A DNA stretch of 60,162 nt, the filler included, from Platydemus manokwari (lineage: Eukaryota), in NCBI GenBank assembly GCA_037951405.1. It is 5 parts of 5 records of this genome, joined end to end, with 100 filler letters (N's around TTAATTAATTAA, not from the genome) between each part and the next. Parts side by side here need not be neighbours in the genome. Positions count along the whole stretch, not along the records: positions 1 to 10,055 come from JBBMOY011173767.1; positions 10,156 to 23,489 come from JBBMOY011756952.1; 3 more parts are not named here. One strand, written 5' to 3'. A program made the position numbers and the translations under genes. The notes under the pieces are model-generated. The model did no database searches and was not told the DNA's origin. It saw only the letters and a program-made list of their open reading frames with translations. The stretch's first letter is position 1. The number at the start of each line of letters is the position of its first letter. Positions 1 through 11,974 of this stretch are shown piece after piece.

Positions 1-679
1 ATATAACTCACTACACGCAACCTATTAATCTGTGAAGTCTCAGATATTGGTGGAAACATCAATCTCGAACTCACAGCGTTTCACTTAAATACATAGTAAT
101 TATCGGTTGAAAAATCGTTGATTTACTATTAAATTATCACCAAACAAGTTTCCATCAAAAGTACCCAAAAATTCTAAAAATTCTCAACAACCATCGGGTA
201 TAAAGTGCCAAAATTCGACTAGTATATAAGTCGACGACTATCACAATGGATCAATAAATCAAATTGTCATAAAAAATTGTGTTAGACTTTGTGGCAATTG
301 GGAATTTGCAGTTAATAGTGAAATAATAAAACTTCCGGTTATTGGTTTGTGCAGACTTTGCAGTTGGCACTGAAATAATCAACATTCAATGTTAAATTGA
401 ACAATTCGACATTTTTAATTGGTAAAGAAATTTTTTTGTTGCATTTAATTTATTTAGTAATACGTCGAAATAAAATACAATAATTTATTTAAACTATAAA
501 TTAAAATATCTAGGGATTCAATTAATGGTTTGTTTTATAAACTTCTGTGTGAGCTAAATTGCTAATCAATAAAGCATTGAAAAATAATTTGCGTATGTAT
601 AACTAAAGTTATTGTGAGTACATTATAAACATTAATGTATACCTTCAAGAACTCACGCTTTTGAGTTGAAGAACAACAT

Positions 680-800
680 CCAAACAATATAAACTCAAAA
701 AAAGAAAACCGGTAAAGATTTTCTTGGACGTAACAACATTTGTCAAGGAATTATAAATTTTATACAAAATTGTCAAAGTATTCTTGCAAACCTTGAGAGT
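680..800 (+). pseudogene. Very decayed LTR-retrotransposon integrase zinc-finger relic
   Basis: Frameshifted RFSWT...GIINFIQNCQS resembles the integrase HHCC region (YW..M..DI..FI..C..C); short and degenerate. Confidence 0.25.
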
Positions 801-1089
801 AATGGCAAACTGCAATACAGACACTCTTGATAAATCGATCACCAGTATTTTCTATGTATCTCATTCCTATTGTTGTTAGTTTTTGTCAGATCTCTTGAGT
901 TTATCTTAATTATGCTTGTTAGAGTTCACTATATTTATGTTTTTTTAAATCTGGAAATGTGAAATCTTTGTATTTTTGATAAAAATTATTTATTTGTCAT
1001 GCTCCAAATTTTGTCTCTGTTTAATCTTTTTCAAATTAATGTAATTTTTATTTTTTGATGTGTTTTTGGGCTTGTAATTTATTTTGTTT

Positions 1090-1900
1090 TAATCAGTCTT
1101 TCAAATTTATATAATTTTGCTCAAGGATCACTGTTGTCTTGATCAGTCTCAATGAGTCCTAATCAAGCACAAGGTACAATCTACTAAGCCTTATTTCTAT
1201 AACTATTTTCACCTCGCAATTAAAACTATGTGATGACAGAATTGATTGGCAACAATGATCCAAGGGGTTATTTAATCCTATCAGTCTCAATTATTTTATT
1301 ACTATCTATGCCTCAAATTTCCGATCAGTAACGTAACTCCATCTACACTGAAACTTTTATGAAATAAATAACAGCAAAATTACAGTTTACAATACAATAT
1401 ACACCGAATAAAAATGTTGGTTCAACGGGTAAGCTTACAATTCCAGATGATAGCGGCTTATACCACTTGCTCTTGGATTAAAACCGATTACCAAAGAGTT
1501 AGATGAGCACAGTTCTATAGTCGGACTATAAACGATACGTACGATAAATATAAATCAGTTATTTACAAATGATCTAACTTACTACTTGGTAATGGCAAAT
1601 GGCATATACTGTTGACGAGCAAATCGAATAATTCTTCTTAGTGGTTCTTGATAATAAGCTAACGCACTATGCAATCTAGTAGTTTCAGAATTAGGGCAAC
1701 GCACCATAGTCTAGTGGTTTCAATGAAATAATGGGCGAATTCTGATGTTTCGAACTCTTATTTATATGAAATTTTATTCGGTACGCTTAAATGATTTATT
1801 TCGTTACATAATATTTTATTCCCCGTGGGTTTCCCGTACAATGTTAGTCATTTTCGCTTAACTATAGAATCTTATTATTAAAAATGTCGGAATATTGTTA
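1090..1900 (+). repeat. Dispersed repeat family B (LTR-like, ~0.8-1.2 kb), copy 1
   Basis: Shares collinear blocks (atcagtctcNatgag, ttcacctcgca, ctatcagtctcaa, caattcc) with 21080-22250 and 43600-44620; boundaries approximate. Confidence 0.55.
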
Positions 1901-2429
1901 TTAAGAATATTTAAATATTTTCCTATTTCTCCTTCAAACTATTTTATTATTATTTCATTTTTATTGCCGATAGCAAGTGATTTAAATATATTGCTAATTA
2001 AATATTAATCGTTATTATACTATTATAACTATCAATATATCAGCTTTAATCAACCGCCTTTCCTCATAAAATATTCATTTCAATATAAAGATTGGTACAT
2101 TTAGAAATGTATCGAAATACAGAACAAATCGCTTCGAAATTCAGTCGATGTTTCTAAAAATACATTTTTACTTTAATGTAACAATACTTTAGTCTTCAAC
2201 CGTGAACCAAAAAAGTTACATTCATAAAAATTATTTGACTACAATATCAATTAAAAATGGTTTAATTACTACTTCTATCATTATTAAAGATTAAACTATA
2301 CATTCATAAGCATTAAAGGATTACATTGTACATTTATAAAATTATTTGTTATAGATTAATACTTTTATACAATTATAAAAATTGTTTACTACAGATAAAA
2401 CGATATTATTCACTACATAAAATATTATT

Positions 2430-2687
2430 CATTTATTCTCAATATAGTTTCAATATCTTCCTCCTTTTCTATAATTTTCAGTCGTTGATCTTTTCAGAAT
2501 CGAATCCAGATTCATGGTCTTCATGTTAGGCGCTACTATCTTCAAAATCACACATTAAAAACAAACTGAAAAGTCAAGACACCCAAAAATCTATTTAAAT
2601 ACAAATATTTAAACAAATAAATTTGATTTTATATAAAATTGGAAATAAATTTGAATCAAAAATTTAATTAATTCAAAGTATTTCACA
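2430..2687 (-). mobile_element. Truncated TRIM-like element (one LTR 2524-2687 plus adjacent internal sequence)
   Basis: LTR block matches 3510-3655 and 3925-4070 (aaaNaaactgaaaagtca; aaatttgaat...ttcaca); the flank ataattttcagtc..cagaatcgaatccagat matches ~3883-3924. Confidence 0.6.
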
Positions 2688-3509
2688 GAATTAATGAATG
2701 CAGAATTTATGAGAATTTCGATAATTCATATTCCAAAAATAGTGATTATTATTCGTCATAAATTAGAAAAGGTTATCGTACAAAATAATTAATATACAAA
2801 ATTTTAATGTAAACAATTCTAGTGAGTTTTGTAAACAACAAAATTTAATTGAAAATTAAGATATGATTTCAAACTGGATTGAAAAATTTTCAATTTTCAT
2901 CGATAGAGATTAAAATCGTTACTTCGCTCAAATATTTTTAAAATGGTTAAATGAAATAAATTAAACGTAAAATTAAACATTATTTTCATAGTTTACAGTA
3001 AGGCAATTGTCAGGTTTCAGTAATATTATAATGACCAAGAAGCCATGTGTAAGAATATCTAAAATAATGAAAACTAAATCGAATTTTTTCTTCTCTAACT
3101 TGTTTTAATTTTTGATGACTTTTCATTTCTTTATATGAAAATATCTGTCAATATCGAATATTGTTTTTGTTTTTAAATAATTGATCTTTGATTTTTCTTT
3201 GAAAATTTTTTACATTCTTCCTAAATTGTCTTCGTTATACAAATAGCTTTCGTATTGATGTGTAACTTCAAAAGATTTGGAATAATTCAGGACATCTTTA
3301 TCTTGTTTGATTTGAATAGACAGATGAAACATATGAAAGAAAATTAAACAATACATGTATTCGTAAGAAAAAAAAAAAATTTTATGTTTAAAATTCAGTG
3401 ATAACTATTATTAATATATGACTATTATTATTGTGGAATTTATATTTTAAAATATATTCACACGTGATAATGTTTGCTCTCAATTTCTTGGTGTAACAAC
3501 AATATTATA

Positions 3510-4070
3510 TGTAAGCCGCTATTGTTTTAAAACGAACTGAAAAGTCACGACAGCAAATTATATATTTGAATACCTTTACATAAACAAATTAATATTATTT
3601 CATATGAAATTTTAATTAAATCTTCGAAAATTAAATTCATTTAAAAATTCCCACATTCCCATTTCTTTAAAATCTTAGATTTTCTTAATTGTATCTGTAT
3701 CGAATACCCTGCATATTTATTTACATGAAAAATTCAATTGTTCTATCTTTTAAATTTAGTTTTACATTCTCATTATATCTTCTTTTATATGCCCTTTATA
3801 TCTCTTTACAACTTCTTTATATCTTCCTTATATCTTCTTTACATATTCTCAATGTAATCTCAGTATCTTTCTCCTTCTCTTGTATAATTTTCAGTCATTG
3901 CTCTTTACAGAATCGAATCCAGATGATTGAATTATTAATTTATTTTATAAAGTACGCATTAAAAACGAACAGAAAATTCACAACACCAAATGATATAAAC
4001 AATTTAATATCATTTGTTATAAAATTTGAATTAAATCTTTAAAAATAAAATTCATTTAAAAGTTCTCACA
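3510..4070 (-). mobile_element. TRIM-like miniature LTR retroelement (two ~145-bp LTRs, ~270-bp non-coding interior)
   Basis: Direct repeats 3510-3655 and ~3925-4070. On the minus strand the element begins TGTGAG and ends TTACA, with TGG just inside the 5' LTR and a purine tract AAAGAAATGGGGAA abutting the 3' LTR (+ 3656-3669). Flanks ttata/ttatg (4 of 5 match). Confidence 0.6.
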
Positions 4071-7000
4071 TTATGTGTCTTAATCTGTTATGTTCAGAAA
4101 GTATTGCAAAGTCTTCAGAAAACTGTATCAAAAGAACATATATATTTAGATGAGATTTTTTAGTTTTTCCTGGTGTATAATAATAATGAAGAAGTAGAGG
4201 ATAAAGTTCCTCATCGCGTATTAAAACGGAGTGTACACTAGATAACTCAGAATTAGCAATTTTACCGAAAAGATCAGTCACATTTGGAATATTCTTAACT
4301 TGAATAATCTTCAAACTAATTTCGATTTAGTTAAAGCAATGATAGTTGAGAACATTATTGCTCTAGTGAAAGGAAATTCGTTATCTTAGATGACTATCTA
4401 CCGAAAATAAAAAAATGCAGTGTGATGATTATTGGAATTTATATTGGAGAAACAAATAAAATTCCAGGAATCCTGATTAATATCTATCCTGATTGAAAAA
4501 TATCGATCCACCCGGTCAGCAAAACAAATTTTAGAAAAAATAAACTTTTATGGTCATTCTAAATATTTATTTATCATTTAAAATTTTAAATTAAGTATTT
4601 TCAAGATCATGTTTCATGAAAACAGAGTCGTATAAATATTTTATGAATAAGAAATTTTCGACCAAGGAAAATTTAGCCATCATCGCAAAATTATATTCTC
4701 AGATTAGTTTCATGGTTAGGATTGTATCTTAGTCATTCGATATAAATATTCATTACAAATTGATTGTTACTAAGTTTATAAATTTATTCATGTCAACACA
4801 AACATATAGAATAAATAAATATAAACTTGAATTCATTATAAACTTCTATAAATATATATCATATTTTACAAATTTATTTAAATCATTATCATTCAAGTTT
4901 TTTTAATTCTGTCCTGATACATCTGATTAAAACAAAAAGAAATAAGTGATCCATTCGATGCAATTATCTGAGATATATTGAATCAAAATTAAAAATACCA
5001 GTAAGGTAACAAGAGCGAACGTCAGTGCACAATAATTTTCGTTTTCTTTTAAGTTGATATATTTTATCTCGTGTCAAAGAAGAAATGTTTCATGAATAAT
5101 TACTCCCAAGATTCATTAATTTGATGAGTCATCATAAATAATTTGATTTTTTTCTTATCATTTCAATGATAAAAATATTAGACAATAAATTTAGGAAGCC
5201 AGTCAAAGAAAAACCCCATTATGCATAGGAGACAGGACATGAACATGTGAACTGAAATGAACATGGTTAAGAAACACTGATGTACCATTGAAACAGACGA
5301 AGGAATAATAACTTAAGAAATGAGAATAAGAAATGTAGAAATTAAGAAAAGCAGAACGACGGAAACAGAAAAAGTAATTAGTGAAGAAATAAAATATTCC
5401 GACTTGAAAAGTATTTTCAAATGAAAATTCTGATAATAAACCACCGATATTAAACAATTCCAAGTTGGATAGAACAATACATGATTAAACACGATATTAC
5501 AGAATCAATTAACAAACAAACAGCCATAATTATCGGTGAAGATAATTTCTGTGACATATATATCTCTAAGATTCTTGTTTTGAAAATAAATATTTACTAT
5601 TTATTTGTTTACGTTTAATAATAATTCGATTAGTTCTTTGATAAAACGTGGATGATCAAATTTATTAGAGTTAAAAAAATTAAACTTTCGTGGATAAAAT
5701 TTTCAATTTTCGCAAATCATTATTAATATGAATTTCATCAGAAATCCGGACGTATGGAAATATTTCCCACATAGAATGTTTTTGTGAAATTTGAAAATTA
5801 TTTAATATATTTAAAATTAAACCAATTCAAGAGAAACCACGGGTCATTGAAATTTGAAAAATATTTCATTAAATTTAAATTATTTTTCGAATTCGTCGAA
5901 ACAATTCTTAATCTCAACATTCTTAGATAGTTTTGCCATCATCAATAGATTTTTATGATTAATCGGTAATTTTCTTGTCTCGGACATTCCTATCTATCTT
6001 TTGTTACAAATAATATTTTACAAAAATTAAAAAAATGCAAATAATATTTTTTAGAATAATTCTAAAAGAAAATCATTAATATTTTATTCGATTAAAATAA
6101 ATAAATATAACATTTGAGAACATTTTGCTTAAATGGATCACTTTAATAATGTGTGCAGAATGACTACGAAACAACCTCTGTTCCTGACAACAATTCTTGT
6201 GATTATCTTTCATCTTTTGAGTAATTACCCTTTATCTTACAGAGATTATTAGAAGTGGTTTTCGAGTTTATTTAATTATCCTTTATTGATCCATTCTTGA
6301 GTGTCATAAACGAAACATGTTGCATTTTTTAAATGACTTAACCAAGAATCTATGTAATGAGTAAGGAGTTTTTCTATCTCAATAAATAGAATTAACAAAG
6401 GAAGAGACTAAACAATATATTAACAAACGAAAAAATTCAGAAAATATTAAAAAAAATTATTAATAGAAATACGAATTTTCAATATCATTTATTGGATTTT
6501 TATAAAATACGAATTGGTGATTTTTAAAGTTTTATAATTTTAATTATTTTATCATAAAAGATTACAGTGTAATTAGACTGGATTTGTCGCATTAGTTACG
6601 TTAAATGTAAGAGAAATTAAAAGTTAATATTCAAATTTATTTAATGATTGTCGTAAAATCTGAATGATTGCAAAACGCTCAAAATTAACGTTTTGATTAT
6701 TCAAATAGAATAATAAAACATAAATATTTACATAAAAATAATCAATGAATACAATCAAAACATATTAAGTATTCAAGAACGAGTCGAACAATATTCAAAT
6801 AACGATTGAGTTCCAAAAATACTAAATCATTAATCGACACGTTTAAAATAATTTATTGTTAATCCAATGTATAATTTTTTAGGTTTTCTAATCAAGAATT
6901 ATGAAAATATAAAATGAATCGATTTTTAGCTAAATTTTTTTTATAAAAATGTAATTAAACCAATTTAATAATAGATAATCTCAAATATTATTAAAGGATA

Positions 7001-7176
7001 TTTTAAAATATTTAGAGTCAAGACTTTAGAAACAAGTGATACTATTTGGATTTAATGGATACTTTAGGAATTGTTAGGTGTGAGACCCCACCCAATACAA
7101 AAACAATAATTAGAACAAAAAAATTTTCAAGAAAAACCTAAAAATAGATCCGAAAACAAAAATAATAATAAAATGT

Positions 7177-7837
7177 TGTTAGGTGTCAAAGGGTTTAATT
7201 TGATTTTCTTTTTAGAAATGAGTGATGCCAGACTCCAGAAGGCAGTGTCAATAAATGATGTACATGATTTGAATTATAAATAAATAAACATATATATTTT
7301 TTCGAGAACAAACTGATAAATAAAATATAAAATTCAATGACAATAATCAATAATAATTAACTGATATTTTTTACTAAATATTACCCAACAAATAACCAGG
7401 AATTTTTCTTTATATTAATTAGAGTAATAAATCAACCGCTATTATTTTCTTAAAAGTTTATATAATCATTGAGAGGAGAGCGACAAGGTCCTTGATTTAT
7501 TATAGATAGTTGGGACACAATAGTCTGACAACTATAAAGATAATTTAATTTTTTTATTTCAATTTAAGAATTAATTAAAGTGCTTTTGAGCTGGGCCCAC
7601 GACACGATTATTAATAATAAAGTTTATAAAATAATTTTACTTGTTCGAAATAATTGAGCAGTTTCGCGTTTCTTTTGTTTTTGTTTTGTGGCGGTCCTTC
7701 ACTGCGTGCCGGTTATTTTATAGTAACTGTTTTATGATAATTAATGGCCTGAATTGTGTGCTAATAAATGGTCATGAATTGTTTTTTGTACCATTAATGA
7801 ATAGTTAGTTTATTTTAGTTTATTTCTGTACTAAACA
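7177..7837 (+). repeat. LTR-like repeat family A, copy 1
   Basis: Begins TGTTAGGTGTCAAAGGGTTTAA and is collinear over ~550 bp with the reverse complement of ~49500-50146 (gactccagaaggcagtgt, caacaaataaccagga, gcgtttcttttgttttt). Confidence 0.75.
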
Positions 7838-9431
7838 ATATTAAAATGGAAGGATGTAATAAAAAACCAAAAATAGCATCAGAAAATAATAAATTATAAA
7901 AATAGATCCTAATTTTAAACGAACACCTACAGAAAATTATACCTGAATTATTCTATGAGGAAAGAATCTTATTGAGTAGAAAATCGAATGATTGAAAAGG
8001 AATAAGTTTATAAAAACGATGAGAGTTAACTGGCTAATAAGTATTATTGTTATTTCGTCATCGATTCAAGTAATTTTGATTTGTTAAAATGGCTTTTATA
8101 ATAATCATTATATTAATGAATTTATATTACTTGATCCTAACTTTAAATGAATTGGACTCGTTCAGTCATTAAATTAATTAAACCTAAGGCTGTAGCGTAA
8201 ATATATCTCAGCAAGAAAGATTGCTGGTACATATAGGCCCAATTCTCGGTAAGTTTTTCAACAATAAGGAGACTTGCATGGAAAGCACAAGATAAACAAA
8301 TTTATTTCTATAGAAACAAAGGACCCTATATAAATCGTGCATTAAAAGCATGGTTATAGTTTTATCTAAATAATAATCATTCTATTCATATGTTCTGTTT
8401 AAATTTGTAATATTAATTTGTATATTAATATTATATTTTTAATTACATATTATTAAACAGTTTTCATTATTATCTTCGTAGTCAAATATCGTTTCTAATC
8501 TATACATTTGTTCGTATTATATTTATGAATTTACAATTATCTTATTCATAATATTTTAATAAATAAATCAAATCTACCAAAACCATTTATTTATAATTCA
8601 ATTCTTAAATGATTTTTCAGCAATGTTAAATGACTTGATAACCAAATTTAACGATTGAAACTATTTTTTCATGAATTGTTTTTCCATATAACTTAAAGAT
8701 TTGGTAAAGTGATCATCGCATATCAATAGAAATTCAGATATATTATGGTTGTAGAGCATTTAAACAATTTTTAATTAACGAATTAAATTTTGATCAAGCA
8801 GGATGTTTAAGATTTTCTATTATTACGATACATTTAACTTTAAATATTCCAATATTGACACAAAAATAAAAATCTCTTTTTGCTATTTTCTTGGGACACT
8901 CATGATATACGAATTTTACAAGAATCCAGAACAATGCACTAACTGTGAATTCTACCGATTTTTGGGAACACTTCAAGCTTATTGCATAGCATTATGGGTA
9001 TTATAAAACATCAACTATAAATTTAAATAAATTAATAATCAATAAATTAATTTTAATTAATATTTTCAATTGAATTCCACAAACTACTTTATGAAACTGC
9101 CCATCTATTCTCGAAATTTTTATTGATACTACTTAATAATACATTCTAAAGTTTATTAATATCAATTACAAGGATGATATACTCTCGAGAGGAAATTCTT
9201 AATATTAAAATACAAAATCAAAAAACAACTAATGACAAATTTTAAATTATTATCTATAAATTCAAATTATTAGACAAATAAATTTTCGTGCTGTTTCTTT
9301 AAATTATATTTTGAGAAGAACAATTAATCCGATTTAATGAAATTATAAATTAATTAAAACCACAGTGTTATGGATAATTTAATTCGAATTTCTTAAATAA
9401 CTCATTCAACCCGTTTAGTGTTTAAACGGGT

Positions 9432-9445
9432 ATAACCATGGTAAC
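9432..9445. promoter_or_regulatory. Candidate RFX X-box motif
   Basis: ATAACCATGGTAAC fits the RFX X-box consensus; a second half-site CATGGAAAC lies ~25 bp downstream; no target gene identified. Confidence 0.25.
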
Positions 9446-10055
9446 GTCAATTATAATATATAATGAAACATGGAAACGAATCATGGGCCCATAATCCAAT
9501 GTAGAAGTTTAAAAATCAAGTTTTATTGTAAAATTCACGATAAATACAAATAATAAAAGCAACTGATATTCGTTTTATAAATTAAGAACAATAGTTTGTT
9601 CCAGTTTATTTTCTGATTGGAAAAAAAACACATTTTGCAACCTCGTGAAAATCGAAAAAAAACTATCAATTGATTAGCTTAAATGAAAACACTTTCATTT
9701 GGTACACAACATCAATTTATTATATCGATTTCAATTTCCATTTCTGTAAAATAATGAAACCAGGAAGCAATTCGGTAAACATATAAAAACATAGAAACAA
9801 GTCAAAATCAATCAAAAATAAAAGCTTGATGTGTAAATGTTCATGTCATCCCAATAAACGATAAAAAATTTTCCAATAAAAGCCAAATACTTGTTTTGCC
9901 GGATCTTTGGGTGAATTCGATGTCATCGATTAATGAGTTGTGTAAAAATACTGACGAATGTAGGAAATAATTGGTTCCTTGCCAAACAATTAAAATATCA
10001 CTTAAAGAGATACAGAGGCTACATAAACATTTATTGATGCAAGTATGCAGTAGAT

Positions 10056-10155
10056 NNNNNNNNNNNNNNNNNNNNNNNNNNNNNNNNNNNNNNNNNNNNT
10101 TAATTAATTAANNNNNNNNNNNNNNNNNNNNNNNNNNNNNNNNNNNNNNNNNNNN
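10056..10155. other. Artificial contig linker
   Basis: N44-TTAATTAATTAA-N44, stops in all six frames; identical to the other three linkers. Confidence 0.95.
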
Positions 10156-11222
10156 GTAAATTATTAATTGTTTAAAAAGTTACAATTACGACATTGATTT
10201 TAATGACAAAATATTTTCGATTAGTCAAAGATATTGATTGAAAGATTATTAATTCTTATAGTTTTGTCAGAAAGATTAATGTTAGTATTATTTAAGAATT
10301 ATTAATTGTTATTGGGTTCGAACCTCACCATTGCTATTTTTATTTTTTATCACATCTCCTATTATTTCTCATTCAATATTTAACCCACTTTTTCGTTTTA
10401 TCTTTTATTATTTATCCTTTATTATTTTTCGCTGTTTAATTCATTTTTTTTTACTTTTCTAATTTGCTTTCAAATCCGAAAACAAATAACGACAAATGTT
10501 ATCAATTAATTGTAACACTGCTTGGGTCTTCAAAATAAAAAAGAAACAATAAAATATATAATAATAATGCCAAAATCAAAATAAAATTGTTCAGATGTCA
10601 CAATTACTTGAAAAAGAACACACGTTTTCGGTCTGAAATTGAGATTTATTAATTAGCGATGTTTTCTGATTCGATTAAAGAAGATTGAAATTAAAATTGA
10701 TTTGCGGGCCAGGGATTGTAATTGTTAATTAGAAATACGAGATGAAAATTAAGTGAAATTATATATTCGATGAGTTGGTTTCTGTTAAAACTCAACAGCG
10801 TGAGTTCGATCTTCTTTGTCTTACTTGGATTAATACAAAGATAATAAAGAATGATAAAATTGTGAATAAAAAAATATTCTTTTCAATGCGTTTATGGATT
10901 GAGTTTATTTTGGCGACTTGTGCTAATTTTTTTAATCTTATTTATGAAATTTAAAACCTACCGATATCATTTAGTATTTTTTTATTTCAATAGCTACAGG
11001 AACAAAGATTTTAGATCAAATCAAATTAATCTGTAAAAATAAGGTACACCCAAGATCGATAGTGTTTTCAATACTTCAGTTATAAAGAATAGAAAATTTT
11101 TAAAAATATCTTATCTGCTATTCCGATAGAGTGAAACCTATTGGTTGTGAATAAATTATTTTTTTTTTTCAAAAGTTATTGTTAAAAAATTAGCAAAAAA
11201 TTCAAAATTCGACTGACTAACT

Positions 11223-11503
11223 CAGGGATTCCCAAAGTGGACGCTGCAAGGATCCAGAGGGTCGGTGGTGAATGCAACCTCATTTGGTGGCGATAATATT
11301 ATAATACTATAAGAATGTAAGAAAATGATTATTAAAAATTTTGATGTATCTGGTTTGCTTAAAAAGCTTAATTTGTCTTTAAACAGCGTACTGTAAGCTC
11401 TGACTATTTTTTATTGAAGTATTAGTGTGGGTTAGTTTGGGGGCGCTACATGATATTTATTCTGAAAAGGGGGCGGTACACCAGAAAAGTTTGGGAATCA
11501 CTG
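11223..11503. mobile_element. Non-autonomous hAT-superfamily MITE (281 bp)
   Basis: TIRs CAGGGATTCCCAAA / TTTGGGAATCACTG and a perfect 8-bp TSD GACTAACT at 11215-11222 and 11504-11511. Confidence 0.9.
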
Positions 11504-11951
11504 GACTAACTGTATGGAAGTTTAAATTATAATGTTCAGAATATTTGTAAGGTTATATTATTATTAGATAGCTGCATCTCTGATAATATGGCCTCATAAC
11601 AGTTTACTGCCTATTCATGCAGAAGTTTTCGATTTTTGATTTATTTTCATAAATATATTTGGTACTTATTTATCTTACTGCTTTGTTTATTTTGATTATT
11701 AATTCGTCATTTATTTATTCATTTATCTTATGACTTTATTTGGTTTATCATTATTAATGATAAGGTCAATAGTTGTAAAATGATCGAAAATTTACCAGTA
11801 TATAGAGATATAAATAAATGAATAATAATAAAATAAATAAAAATGAAATAAGAAATAATTAATAATATTTCAAATGATAAAGTATTGGAGATATACACAT
11901 AGACCCCTAAAAATAAATATTTAATATCACATAATAATATTCAAATACATT

Positions 11952-11974
11952 ATATATATATATATATATATATA
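11952..11974. repeat. (TA)n microsatellite
   Basis: Direct reading. Confidence 0.9.

Noticed and set aside
8900-8990. KNPEQCTNC...C as a LINE ORF1 zinc knuckle
   Set aside because: CCHC spacing is broken and no supporting flanking homology is visible
10100-10111. TTAATTAATTAA palindrome repeated four times, as a biological motif
   Set aside because: Always centred in exactly 44+44 Ns; it is a synthetic six-frame-stop spacer
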